Shown here: positions 25,417 to 37,800 of the stretch, piece by piece
How positions within the stretch are numbered: the first letter of the stretch is position 1
How the letters are laid out: the number at the start of each line of letters is the position of its first letter
Source of the DNA: Selaginella moellendorffii
Lineage: Eukaryota > Plantae > Lycopodiophyta
DNA length: 64,000 bases
Assembly (NCBI RefSeq): GCF_000143415.4
Contig: NW_003314328.1
Location: 62,001-126,000, forward strand
Direction of reading: 5' to 3'
Notes under the pieces: model-generated
The model's database searches: none
What the model was told of the DNA's origin: nothing
Seen by the model: the letters and a program-made list of their open reading frames with translations, nothing else
Made by a program: the position numbers and the translations under genes

Positions 25417-26499
25417 GCTTAAAGATTGGCACAAACGGATGTATATGCTGACTAGTGCCGAGCTGTTTGGCAATGTGTTTGTCTCCATGGATTGTACATG
25501 CACCAAGAGGTTCGTTCATAGAACATTGCTGCATTTCTTGGAGCAATCTCTCAAGCTTTACTCGACAGGTACACATTATCTTTGATCACGTCAGTGATAA
25601 ATCCTCATCTCGCAAGTAGGGGCACGGTGGAAGAGGTTTGGCATGATCCTCATGGATCGATATAAAAAGTCAAGTTCTCACTAGCCAGAGGTGCAACGAA
25701 AGTGAATAGATTCTATCCAAGATCATTGGTGATGTTGGGCACTAGCGACCAGCATGGATCTCATTTTGTGATCAAATGCTTTTAAGCAGCTCATACAGTT
25801 TCAACCATCGTGTTTGATTCAAGCTTACTTTCACAACATCTTACATACAAACACAATATTATTTGTGTTTTTGTAAATATCAAAATTTAATTTGGTGCCC
25901 AGCCATAGTATGGCAACAAATATATAATTGTGTGTGAGAGCATTGTGTATTTACACATCTGAGAATTTATTTTTTTGTTTTGAGTTGCATGCAAAAATAT
26001 TATGCACACAATCACTTTCGATTGTTATATAAACAATCAAAATGTGATTATGTGTATAATATTTTGTCATAAAATATGTTATGTTGTATGAGGCATGACA
26101 CTTTAAACTGCCACATAAGACTGATGCCATGTCATCCCAGATAACATGATATCACCACAAATCTAATGAAGGTTTTACCTAAGCAAGTATGCAACATAAG
26201 TTTCATGCAAGCAAGTATGCAATGCTATGTGAAATAAATATTCCAAAACTCTTCTTTTACTTTTATAATGTCATGTAAAGATGAAATCCATGAGTGATCT
26301 GTGGAGTAGTAGGACGAAAAGCACCATCACCATAATTGAGGTATTGAATAAGAGCTTCTCATTTTGTCACAGCATTATATATTACAATGGAATGCCTAAT
26401 TAGTGCTTTCTTGGTCACAATTGCCAACTTTTGTTCCCTTAGCAAGCATCGAAATGTTAGTTTTTATATAAATTAGTTATAAGTGTATATGCAACTTTG

Positions 26500-26810
26500 T
26501 TCCTCTTATTGATCTTCACTAAAGCATTGTATGCAATCTTTCCAACTTACTCATACACCATCATTGTCTCATCCAAGTGATTTACTTATCCCAAGAGATC
26601 AATCATTCCATGGTAGTGCTCATGCATAGGACAGATCTCATACTTCGTCTCTATTGCATATAAGCACTCCTTTCCTCCCACTTGACTGCAAACATTGATG
26701 ATCTGAACACTTGAACAGGAATATAAAGCTATCAAGATGAATGCTAGAATCTTATATGCTATTAAAGTTTTCAAACATGGAGGCAGCATCTCCTTGGTGA
26801 TCAAGTCCAA
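26500..26810 (-). pseudogene. Degenerate PPR C-terminal (L2/S2/E) remnant
   Basis: VCSQVG…YAIETKYEICPMHEHYHGMIDLLG* resembles the conserved Y.I.P..EHY..MIDLLG motif. Confidence 0.6.
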
Positions 26811-27878
26811 CTATAAGTGCCATCTAGGCCACAAAATCTTTAAATGGCATTGAGTTAAAAACTTGTTGAGTTGAGACCACATTTTTAACTTTGCAGTAGA
26901 AGTGAACTGTACATGTCACTGTGACTTGGTTGTTCTTTAGTCCACAATAGCAAATTTCTACATCATCTCTTTGTCCTAGCTACCAGGCCCTAATACTGCT
27001 ACAAGCTTTAAGTTCCCATTACTACTTTTGTTGCCTAGCAGTACAAAAACATGCCTCACTTCAATGCCACCAATTTCACAAGACCTCCATCCATTTTTCT
27101 GCTTTCTTCTCTAGCAACAAGACTTGAGCATGCCGTAAGAGCAATCACATATCTTCAAAAATTTGGCATACAGCCTTTGGATTGTATGCTTTGAAATAGT
27201 TTTAATGCTTTCTTATACTATTTTTCTCAAATGGATTTCTTGCATTTTTAATCATGCATTAAAGATTTTAGCATTATAATGTTTTGTTGCATAAAATGTT
27301 TTTCATTGCCTTCACCAAGGAAACAGCTTTAAACACATAATGATGGCGAGCTTAGCATGTGGTATCCAAAATGCACTAAAAAATCTAGTTTGCCCACTAG
27401 CAAACATCATGCCTATAAACCCTATGCTAATGTGTCAAAAAAGCTGATATGGAGTTGAAATTTATATAATGCAAAAAATTGCATACACAACATTACTTAG
27501 ACTTTGCCATGTATATGTATAGGCATCAATGCATGCTCATGCATTAAAAAACAATTCCTCTAAAATATTAATTTGTGAGTCCACTCTCCTTGAGAGGTGT
27601 ACTAATAGCTGAAGGCATAAAACATAGAAGGGTACAAAAACAGCATATTATAATGTATCAGTTTCATGCTTCTTAGAGGGCAACACAAACCTTATAAACA
27701 ATTAATGAAAGAATGAAAATAAAAATAATTCAGACTCATGCATATCATGTATTTTTGAAACTTTGAAGAGCATTGTTCTTTTATACAAGTAAAATAGCTT
27801 TCCAAACATTCAATACATATATATCTTTATATCATCTACTGTATTGTCACATTATTTTATTTTTGTCATAATACTTCC

Positions 27879-29069
27879 TCATGCTATTCTGACAAACTGG
27901 AGATGCCCCTTACCATTCAGTTCTCCGTTGACGAACGCTTCGAGGAGCTCTGCCATAGAGACTTCCTTGTACAAAGGTGGCATTTCTTCCGAGGTAATTG
28001 GCTTTAACTTCCTGTCGCGGCCAGGACCGTAAATTGTTGCAATGGAGATCCGAGAGCATTCCTTATTGACGACAGCTCTGTGTTCCACGCTCTTGTAAGC
28101 TCCATTTGTTAGTATCTGGGACGCAACAAAAACCATGCTAGCTTTAACTATGAACCAAAGCTGAGAATCCTCATGCACTCACCTCAACCGTGTCTCCAAC
28201 ATTCACCACAAATGCGTCTGGGATGGACCTGACGCTCCTCCACTGCCCGTCTTTCTTAACCTGCAGGCCTTCCACCTCATCTTGGAGCAAAACGGTAAGA
28301 CCCACGACATCAGAGTGAGGGCTGAGTCCAATCACAAGCTCTGGCTGTGGACAAGGCGGATAATAGTTCAGCCTGATCGCATAATGAGGACTAGGACCGA
28401 AAGCTTCAGAGAAAAAACTAGCACGTTGCCCCAATGCCTCTGCCATGCATTGTAGCAGTTTGATTGCCAGAGGCCGTATCTCCTGGCCGTACTCTTCCAC
28501 GACTTTCCTGTAGAGTGGAATTCAGAACGACGCTGAAAGTTCTCAAAAATGTTACCTGTACTCTGGAGGATTGCTTGGCCAATTCCTTATGGGAGGAAGA
28601 AAATGATAAACAGGATCGCCCCAGTCGAGCACAGTCTCCTCCGAAGGAACGAAAAATCTTCCGTATCCTTCCTGGCTGGCTAGAGATGGTGCATCAGACC
28701 GAATAGCATATGCTTCCCTCTGCTCCTGGGGCAACCGGAAAAAATCCCTCACGGTCTTTCTCACCTGTTTAAGCAACTCCGGAGGGATGCCATGTCCAAT
28801 CAGCTGAACCAGAGGTTAGTCATGGATTTTTGCGCAGATCTCACCTGGAAAAATCCCCAATCTCGGCAAGCGCTGTCGAGCTTAGCGATGCCTTCAGCTG
28901 TGTCAAGCTCTGCTGCGTGAATAACTGGAACCTCACCATCTTCCGGCCATGCTGCAGACAATGACCGCTCTTCCGCTGGCTTCACAAATCGCTGAGGCAC
29001 TTCATCAATGCCAGACTCAACCAAATCCTGAACCATGGGAAGCCCCCCATCCTTTGGATCAAGCCCCAT
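27879..29069 (-). CDS. 2-oxoglutarate/Fe(II)-dependent dioxygenase (DOXC class), copy 1, 4 exons
   Basis: ACRDWGFFQ|LIGHGI, RLNYYPPCPQPELVIGLSPHSD (HxD), SVEHRAV (H), RIS (RxS). Confidence 0.93.
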
Positions 29070-29145
29070 TTTACCAATTCCTGCTTATCCTTCATACAAG
29101 CCCTTCCTTGCGTAGAACTACTGTACCAGTTTGGACACTCCTGTT

Positions 29146-29315
29146 TAATATTTCTGGTGCAGGAGTTGCGGATTCTGCAGATCGAGGATGCTTACCCTTG
29201 ATTGTAGCGGCCAGCACGAGCCTCCACCGATGCCACGCTCGTCCGTGGAGTGCTGAATCGGCTCAGGTTCGCCAAGAATCATCCGGCGAGGATCAGGTGG
29301 ATCATGAACAGAAAG
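29146..29315 (+). repeat. ~170-bp segment duplicated at 31586-31755 (part of the dioxygenase duplication unit)
   Basis: Near-identical taatatttctggtgc…gatcatgaacagaaag at both positions. Confidence 0.9.
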
Positions 29316-29606
29316 TCCTGTTCGAATGTAATTCTTCTCCTTGCGAATCACATCGCAGAAGGTTGCTTGGCATTGAGCAGGCCATTGTAGAGAAGGTAGC
29401 CGGACAGTTTGTCATACTCTGACAGCATGCAAAACTGTGTTCAAGCTCTATACGTACGAGCGAGCGACAACAAGAATGAAAAACCTTTGAGGTTCTGTCA
29501 ACAACACGAAATTTCAAAGAACATTGTTCTTTTATATATATATATATTTCTCACTTCTATTTTTTTTGTCATAATACTTGAGAGCACAAATTCGTAGAAC
29601 ATAGCC

Positions 29607-30818
29607 TCATGCCATTCTGACAAACTGAAGATGCCCCTTACCATTCAGTTCCCCGCTGAGGAACGCTTCAAGGAGCTCTGCCATAGAGATCTCCTTGTAC
29701 AAACGTGGCATTTCTTCCGAGGTAATTGGCTTTAACTTCCTGTCGCGGCCAGGACCGTAAAATGTTGCAATGGAGATCCGAGAGTATTCCTTATTAACGA
29801 CAGCTCTGTGCTCCACGCTCTTGTAAGCTCCATCCGTTAGTATCTGGGACGCGACAAACACCAATTTGTCAATTCTTGCACCATAGGTTTAAGTTTTAAC
29901 TATGAACCAAAGCTGAAAATCTTGCACACACCTCAATCGTGTCTCCAACATTCACCACCAACGCGTCTGGGATGAACCTGACGCTCCTCCACTGCCCGTT
30001 TTTCATAACCTGCAGGCCTTCCACCTCATCTTGGAGCAAAACGGTAAGACCCACGACATCAGAGTGAGGGCTGAGTCCAATCACAAGCTCTGGCTGTGGA
30101 CAAGGCGGATAATAGTTCAGCCTGATCGCATAATGAGGACTGGGACCGAAAGCTTCAGAGAAGAAACTAGCACGTTGCCCCAATGCCTCTGCCATGCATT
30201 GTAGCAGTTTGATTGCCAGAGGCCGTATCTCCTGGCCGTACTCTTCCACGACTTTCCTATAGAGTGGAATTCAGAACGACGCTGAAAGTTCTCAAGAATG
30301 TTACCTGTACTCTGGAGGATTGCTTGGCCAATTTCTTATGGGAGGAAGAAAATGATAAACAGAATCGCCCCAGTCGAGCACAGTCTCCTCCGAAGGAACG
30401 AAGAATCTTCCGTATCCTTCCTGGCTGGCTAGAGATGGTGCATCAGAGCGAATAGCATATGCTTCCCTCTGCTCCCGGGGCAACCGGAAAAAGTCCCTCA
30501 CAGTCTTCCTCACCTGTTTAAGCAACTCCGGAGGGATGCCATGTCCAATCAGCTGAACCAGATGTTAGTCATGGATTTTTGAGCAGATCTCACCTGGAAA
30601 AATCCCCAATCTCGGCAAGCGCTGTCGAGCTTAGCGATGCCTTCAGCTGTGTCAAGCTCTGCTACGTGAATAACTGGAACCTCACCATCTTCCGTCCTTG
30701 CTGCAGAGAATGACCGCTCTTCCGCTGGCTTCACAAATCGCTGAGGCACTTCATCAATGCCAGACTCAACCAAATCCTGAACCATGGGAAGCCCCCCATC
30801 CTTTGGATCAAGCCCCAT
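29607..30818 (-). CDS. 2-oxoglutarate/Fe(II)-dependent dioxygenase (DOXC class), copy 2, 4 exons
   Basis: Near-identical tandem paralog of 27879-29069; same motifs and intron positions. Confidence 0.93.
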
Positions 30819-31833
30819 TTTACCAATTCTCCTGCTTCTCCTGCTTATCCTTCATACAAGCCGCCTTTGCCATTGCAAAGAAGCTTCCTTGCGAAGAATT
30901 TTTGTACCAGTTTGGACACATGTTTCCAGAAACAAGACTTAAAGGTGCTGAGCTTGTATAAAGCTAAAAGAGCTTTAATGCAAGTTGATCAAGAGAGTTC
31001 CATGGGAGGACATCTTAAAGGTCAAGGATTCTCCTATTGCTTTTGAGGCATGGCACACATTGCAGCACTACTACTGTGGAAAATGGAGATGAACATCTTT
31101 CACTAAATGGGTAATTGTCCATAAGGAATAGAGGAGAAAGGGATGATGGTGTTGGGAGATAAAGTTGTAGAATATGAAGTCATCCTTTCCAAATGTTACT
31201 GGGGTGCTGATGATTTCCAAGTTGAACGAATGATACTAGAAAGCAAAAGTAGATTTGCATATTTCATGCTTGATAGTGCTGTATATTTGTGATCAATTGA
31301 TCCAAACTGGAACATACACAAATTAATTTGTAATAGAGTGTCTAAATGTTTCAATGATAGTTTTTTTTTTACTATGAGCATTTCCCTTTATGATATTGAC
31401 TTACTATCAAATAAATTTTCACCCTAGTTAATAATCATATTTGATCATATAGTTTATGAGAAAATTCATCTTTTGGGAGAAGAACATTAATGAAAAAGGC
31501 ACCAAAGATTAAAAGGATGAAGAAGCAATTGCAATACAAATGGCAAGATGTTTATTGTACATGTGTCCAAAAATGATTTTGGACATAATATTTCTGGTGC
31601 TGGAGTTGCAAATTCTGCAGATTGAGGATGCTTACCCTTTATTGTAGCGCCCAGCACGAGCCTCCACCAATGCCACGCTCGTCCGTGGAGTGCTGAATCG
31701 GCTCAGGTTCGCCAAGAATCATCCGGCGAGGATCAGGTGGATCATGAACAGAAAGGTCATCAAGGCCAAAAAAACTGTTCATCCTTATTCCACCTTATGG
31801 AGAGACGCAAGATTTAAAGGATTAGAAACTCAT

Positions 31834-33879
31834 TTAAAATGTTTGCTGATCGTACACATTTCCTAGCAACACGTGCAGAGCACTAGAATTGCAAGTGGCA
31901 TAGGACGCTCGTCCCACATCAAAGTGTGAGCTACAGCCGGCAAGGAGTGTCACCCATGCAACTTCATCTGGATGGTAGGGCATTTCATTGAGAAGCTGCT
32001 CTGCACTATCAAGTTGCCCAGCTCGAGTCAGCAATGCAATTAGGCACTTGAAGTGTACTAGTGCTGGAGCAATGGAATAATCGCTCACCATCAACGAAAA
32101 CAGCCTTACACCAAATTCGAGCAAGCCTTGATGGCTGCAGGCAGCAAGAACACCTGTAAATACACTCTCATCTGGCGCAAAACCCTCCCACATCATGAGT
32201 GTAAGCATCTCGACTGCCTCAAAACACTGGCCACTCAGCGCATATGAATCGATCATCACGCTCCACGACCTTGAGCTCCTATATGGCATCGTGTCAAAAA
32301 TCATCCTAGCTCCCCCCAAATGCCCATTCCTGGCATTTGCCGTAACGATTGCGTTCCACGACACAGTGTTGTGCTTGGGCATCTTCTCAAACATGGCCAT
32401 TGCGGCACAGAGCTCAAGGCTATTTCCGTACGTGGACACCATTGTATTCCACGTAAGCACGCTTTGCGATGGCGAGGAGTCAAACAGCATCTTGGACTCG
32501 GATGCACATCCCTTGGCAGCATATGCCCCCAGCATGGCTATCAAAGTCAACTCGTTGGCTTCCGGAAGCCGGTCAAACAGCTCCTTGGCCGCCACCAGGT
32601 GGCCATTCTGGCCGTAAGCATCAATCATAGCCGTCGATGACACCACGTTATGGGCTGGCATTCTGCGAAACACTTCACCCACATCACTTACTTGGGCATA
32701 TCCGGCAAGCAAGCCCGTCCAGGTCACAACATTCCGTTCTGGAATCCAGTCAAACAAGGAAATCGCCTCGTCAACTCTTCCCTTGCAGAAATATCCAACG
32801 ACCATGGAAGTCCAAGTCACTACACTGTGCTGCGGCATTCTATACACAAGCTTGCCGGCGACCCCTATATCTCCATTCGCGGCATGGCAATGGACTACAA
32901 GGTTCCACGATTTATAGTTTCTCGCAGGCATTCCATGGAAGATATCCAATCCTTCCAGGCTTCCAGCGTTCCTAGCAACCAAAGCAAGCATGGTATTCCA
33001 CGAGACCAAGTTGTGCCGAGGCATTCTTCCAAAAACTCTCCTCGCTTCTCCCGCTTGCAAACTCGACCCAAATCCAGCAAGCATGGCGTTCCAACTTACT
33101 ATACCGCGCTCGGGCATATCATCAAACAATTCTCGACACTCTCGCATATGCCCATTCGCGGCATAAGCAGCAACCATGGCAGTCCAAGACACAGCATTGA
33201 GCTCTGGAACCCGATCAAAAAGAGTTTTCGCGTTCTCGAGCTGACCCATCTGACCCAGCGAGTCGATCATAGCAGTCCACGAGACAACGTTCCACGCTGG
33301 CATTCTCTCAAAAATCCCGTAAGCTTCACGGATATACCCGCTCTGGGCATATCCAGTTAGAAACCCAGTCCAAGTTATGATATTCCGCTGGACAATTCTC
33401 TCGAAAGTAGCCTCTGCTTGCTCGGTTTGGCCACTCCTGGAAAAGCCGACGACCATAGCACTGAGCGAAACCACTCCATGCTGTGGCATTTTCTCGAGCA
33501 AAGCCTCAGCCTGTGTGAGATACCCAGTCTGGGCATAGCCCGTGACCATTATGTTCCAGGACACGGAGTTCCTCTCGGGCATGGCGTTGAACTCGCTGTG
33601 CGCTCGCTCCAAAAAACCGTTCTGTGTATACACCGTGACGATGTTGTTCCACGAGAAGACGTTTGGACGCCGGATCCTATCAAACACCGCAGCCGCTTCG
33701 TCCACAGCTCCAAACTTGCCATACATCTCAACCAAGACGTTCCCGAGCAGGGTCTCCTGCCCATCCCAGATCGTTGCATGGAGCTGCTGGAGCTCCGCCA
33801 CACTCTTGCAAGAACGTAGAAGACTGCAAAGCGCTTGCTTGCTCGCATTCCCAAAGGCCAGTCTCACTTTAATGGACAA
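31834..33879 (-). CDS. PLS-class PPR protein (PPR-a, unit 1), open 681-codon frame; start codon uncertain
   Basis: Repeat array ending HFKCLIALLTRAGQLDSA…HVLLGNVY. The ORF-track start is TTG; first in-frame ATG is at MYGKFG (~33726). Confidence 0.8.
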   Translation of the reverse strand: MSIKVRLAFGNASKQALCSLLRSCKSVAELQQLHATIWDGQETLLGNVLVEMYGKFGAVDEAAAVFDRIRRPNVFSWNNIVTVYTQNGFLERAHSEFNAMPERNSVSWNIMVTGYAQTGYLTQAEALLEKMPQHGVVSLSAMVVGFSRSGQTEQAEATFERIVQRNIITWTGFLTGYAQSGYIREAYGIFERMPAWNVVSWTAMIDSLGQMGQLENAKTLFDRVPELNAVSWTAMVAAYAANGHMRECRELFDDMPERGIVSWNAMLAGFGSSLQAGEARRVFGRMPRHNLVSWNTMLALVARNAGSLEGLDIFHGMPARNYKSWNLVVHCHAANGDIGVAGKLVYRMPQHSVVTWTSMVVGYFCKGRVDEAISLFDWIPERNVVTWTGLLAGYAQVSDVGEVFRRMPAHNVVSSTAMIDAYGQNGHLVAAKELFDRLPEANELTLIAMLGAYAAKGCASESKMLFDSSPSQSVLTWNTMVSTYGNSLELCAAMAMFEKMPKHNTVSWNAIVTANARNGHLGGARMIFDTMPYRSSRSWSVMIDSYALSGQCFEAVEMLTLMMWEGFAPDESVFTGVLAACSHQGLLEFGVRLFSLMVSDYSIAPALVHFKCLIALLTRAGQLDSAEQLLNEMPYHPDEVAWVTLLAGCSSHFDVGRASYATCNSSALHVLLGNVYDQQTF

Positions 33880-33892
33880 AGAACTACTGCTA

Positions 33893-36335
33893 CTAAAAGT
33901 TGGTTCTTTGAGGAAGGTCTTGTAATGACCACTCCGAGATACTCGTCCCGGAGATTTGCGGGGAAAATAAGATCAAGTGCGTGTGGAATTCGCGAAGCGT
34001 GCTGCGATGCCCAACGCTCATCACACAAGTTCCCGATTCTAGGAGAAGTCGATACAAGTAAGCCTGCGTAGAGTGACTAGATCTTAGAAGAGAACCAAAG
34101 AGACAAGCTTTTACCTCAGTTGCTTCGTCTATGGCACTGGTTGCTTCATCCAGGAGCGCAAGCTTTGGTTTTGATAGAAGCAATCGAGCAAAAGCCAGGC
34201 GCTGTTGCTCTCCCAGTGACAAGACACTGGACCAGTCGGCATTCGCGTCCAAGTGGAACGAGCGTTCCAGGAGCTGTTCAAGCTTCACTCTACGCAAGAC
34301 TTCCATCAAGTCGGCATCGCTGTGCTTGGATTCTGGATCATGAGAGCACACTTGTGATAGATTCACGCTAAAAAGACCCGCTACCTTGATCGTGTTTTTT
34401 CTCCCCGTCTTTGCTCCAAGTTGGATAGAGAATTTGTTGCCGGAGCGTTCCAAGAGTCATGTACGGCTTTTGAGGCACGAAGAATATATCCATGGTAGAG
34501 TTTCTTGCTATGGTTCCTCCCCCGGAGTTCCAAAGCCCTGCGATAGCTCTCAAGAACGATGTCTTGCCACTTCCACTGGGGCCAGTTATCTGGTCGGTCT
34601 TAAAGCTGTGTTAGTGATCTGATAACAAAGAAGAAAATATGAGAATTCACATACCAGGAAATTTTGTCCAGTGATCATCCTGAAAGAGAGCCCCTCGACT
34701 AGAGTCAGAGTGTGTTGAGGAGACAAGAGAGTCAAGGTCGACACTTCTATAAGAACGTCGCTCTCCGTGGTTTCGATCGATTTGATGGTGCTCAGCTCCA
34801 AAGTATTCACTACGCATTTTTTATCCAATATGTCACTGAATTCACCTGTGCATGTAAATTTAGTTCGAAGAGAATCAAGCAAACGAAGAAAAGAGTATAC
34901 CCAGGCGATCAACAACTGCGGAGAAGGAACTAAGCGATTGGAACGCTTGCACGACCAAGGAAAGGTCGCGGAGAACGGAGCTGAAAGCATAGAAAGACTG
35001 ACTGACGATCCCAAAGTCGACCTTTCCAGAAAAGTAGAACGGAGCCACCACGGCAGCGGGCAGTATTCGGATCAAGTTGCTATAGAAAACTTGGAAAAAA
35101 CTCAAGTTGCGTGAAGCTATGAGTAGTTTCTTCAAAGAAAATGCAGCAACTTACACTTTTGAAAAAATTAAATGAAAAACCAGAAAAATAAACTTACACT
35201 ATAGTTGGAAAAAACTTGTTTAAAACGTTCCAGCAGCAAGTGAAGCTCGTCCATTTCTCCCCCGTAAAACGCGATGGACTCTGCATTTTCTCGAACTCTT
35301 ACCAATCCATATCGAAAATCTGCCTCACTCTTTTCTTGGACGAAATTCAAGTTCATGAGATCCTGCAAGAAAACAGAACGAACTCGCTGAAAACAAAAAG
35401 ATGAAAAATGATACCTTTCCAAGTAGGAAACTAAGTCCAGTGCCACCAATGGAGTAAACAAGCAAGACACCAAACAGTGGAGGATAAATCCTGTATAGAA
35501 TTCCGCTGAAAGACGCCAGATCGGTGATGGAATGGAACAAAGTCATGGTAAATATAAGTGCCGTGCGAGTGAATGAGCCGATATCGTCCACAACTCTCTG
35601 ATCTGGATTGTCTATGAGTGCCAGAGATTGAATGTTATAGTAGGATCTCTCAGACAAATATTGAGCCATGTAACGTTTCGTCATCCAAGCTCGCCATCGA
35701 AGAGCAAGAGTGTCTCGTGCGTATCCGCGGATTACATAAACCTCGAAGATAAGCGAGTTAATTACACGCTGAAAAAGGCACAAACATACAAACGACTTAC
35801 TGGAAGTGCTGCGACCATAAGCCCCAAATAATAGATCAGCTGCTTGACAAACTCCTCTCGATTCTTACCTGGAGAAAAGTTTAAAGAAAGCTGATAGATC
35901 TGGAAACACTTACTTGTCAAGGCGTTGTCAAAATTCCTTCCAAGGTAGCTAAATGCCACGCTCGTCCCCGTGGAAGCAAGCGTAAGAGCAAAAACACTCG
36001 CTAACCGGAGGATTGCCTGGTTTCCCTCTTTGGAGTCGAGCCAGTAAGGTTGAGCAACTTTGCAAAATCTCCGAATGAGTGTTTGAAAGTCTGTAGTTCG
36101 TTTCTGCAAAGACAAGGACAATGAGAGCTCAATGAGAATCCAAGAGACTTACTGGTGTTATCAATGGGGACAACTGCTTCAGATCTTCTTTCACTGCTGC
36201 TTCCAGAGCTATAGCATTCACCCGGCGAAGCTTGAAAAATGATATCCTGGAACGAACTTTGCAGCGAGCAGAATCAAGGCCTTGGTTGTAGTGCCGTCTC
36301 GATGACGCTGTTGGGGCCGACGCTGCAAACGCCAT
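33893..36335 (-). CDS. ABC subfamily D half-transporter, plastid ABCD2-like, copy A
   Basis: Transit-peptide-like MAFAASAPTASSRR…; IDNPDQR, EADFRYGLVRVRENAESIAFYGGE, Walker A GPSGSGKT, PQKPYM, LSLGEQQRLAFAR, LLDEATSA, SVGH. Confidence 0.9.
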
Positions 36336-36394
36336 GGCGTTTCCAGCATAGAATTGTTCTCCAGTCAACTCCTAGCTTGAGTTCTTTTTAAAAG

Positions 36395-36830
36395 GATGGA
36401 TCCCTCCATAAATATTCCAACGCACGAGATTGACCAAAACTGTCATCAGAAACTTACCATAAACGAAACTAATTCCAGTGCATCCAAGCAGACTGGTGGA
36501 TAGATCTTCTACAAATACTGCTGAAAGGGAAAAGATCAGTGATAATGGAGCTGAAAAGAACTCTTTGATCGACATTCTCGAACTGTGGATGTTGTAGTAG
36601 AATGTCTCAGGAAAAACGAACCATGTAGCGTTCAGCCATCCAAACTCGCCATTGATCACATAAACCTGACGTAAAAGATAAACCAAAACTTTTTTGAAGA
36701 GAAATTAACGCACTAGAAATGCAGCCATCAAAAGTCCCATATAGTAGATCACTTGCCTCGTAAAATCCTCCCAATCAGACGTCATATAGACCACGGTTCA
36801 AAGGGCGTTGGTATAAGCCAACTCCGATGC
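36395..36830 (-). pseudogene. Collapsed relic of an older ABCD paralog upstream of copy A (shorter versions at ~44830-45010 and ~57560-57740)
   Basis: Fragments EDFTRQVIYYMGLLMAAF, VYVI, WRVWMAERYM, YYNIHS, GCTGISFVYG align in order with EEFVKQLIYYLGLMVAAL, VYVI, WRAWMTKRYM, YYNIQS, GGTGLSFLLG. Confidence 0.75.
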
Positions 36831-37800
36831 TTATAAACCTGTTCTGTCATCGGTTTCACAGATGACTTAAATATGTTTGCGAGCAGCACATCATGACCTG
36901 GATCAAGCGCAAGAACTTGGAGTGTAGCTTTAGCTCCCCTAGCAAGATCATTAAAGTTCTTGCAAGCTCCCAGCAGGCACGTCCACTCTATCCTATCGGG
37001 ATGGAAAGGCAAGCTCGAGACAAGCTCCACAGCATCTTTCAGATGGCCCGAGCAGCAGAGGACCCTTACGATACAGCAGTAGTGCTGCTTGCTGGGATTG
37101 ATGTGATAATCGAGCGTCATGGACAGGAAGCACGATTTGCTCCTTTCAATCCTTCCTACACGAGATCAAAGCTGAGACGAAACACGTCTCTTCCGGGAAA
37201 TGCATCATCTTCAAGCGATTTAATACATCCAAGCTTGTGGCATGGTTGCCACTGTTGTTGTAACCAGCGAGGAGAACACTCCATGACGCTCCCAGCATCA
37301 CATTCCACGTGAAGGCGTTCCTTTGAGGCATGACGCTGAGCATCAAGAGTGATCGATCATGATGCCCATCTTCCAGATATCATCATTGTTCCCGAGGCAA
37401 CATTTCGAAAAAGGCATGGCATGGAATCAAAACAATGTTTGGCATTCTCCAAATGAAGGCGCTTAACCCACACTGCAAGGATGAGATTCCACAAAAACTG
37501 ATTTTCTCTGGCATCAGATCAAAGATTTCTTCTGACCTGTTTAAATGAACCACCTTGGACGAAGCATCCATGCGTGAGTTCCAACTTAGAACATCCCACT
37601 GCGGCATCTGTACAAACATCCATTCTGTCGTTTCAAAATCTCCACATTGAGAGCACTCAATGGCGAGAGTAGGCACGAAACACACTAAATCCTGTTTCCA
37701 CAACCTATCAAACAGTTTCTTTGCTGATCAACAACAAGATCCCACTCATCCACCTGTCTTAATGTCCTGCATGTGTTCTTGTTGGGCATGGAGTCTCAGA
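36782..37800 (-). pseudogene. Deleted, frameshifted copy of PPR-b (unit 1)
   Basis: Broken ORFs match the C-terminal part of the 815-aa PPR (MTLDYHINPSKQHYCCIV…, MPQRNAFTWNVMLGA); N-terminal half missing. Confidence 0.9.

Noticed and set aside
7809-36335. GH3 + dioxygenases + ABC transporter as a biosynthetic gene cluster
   Set aside because: GH3 appears pseudogenised, housekeeping genes intervene, and no scaffold-forming enzyme is present.
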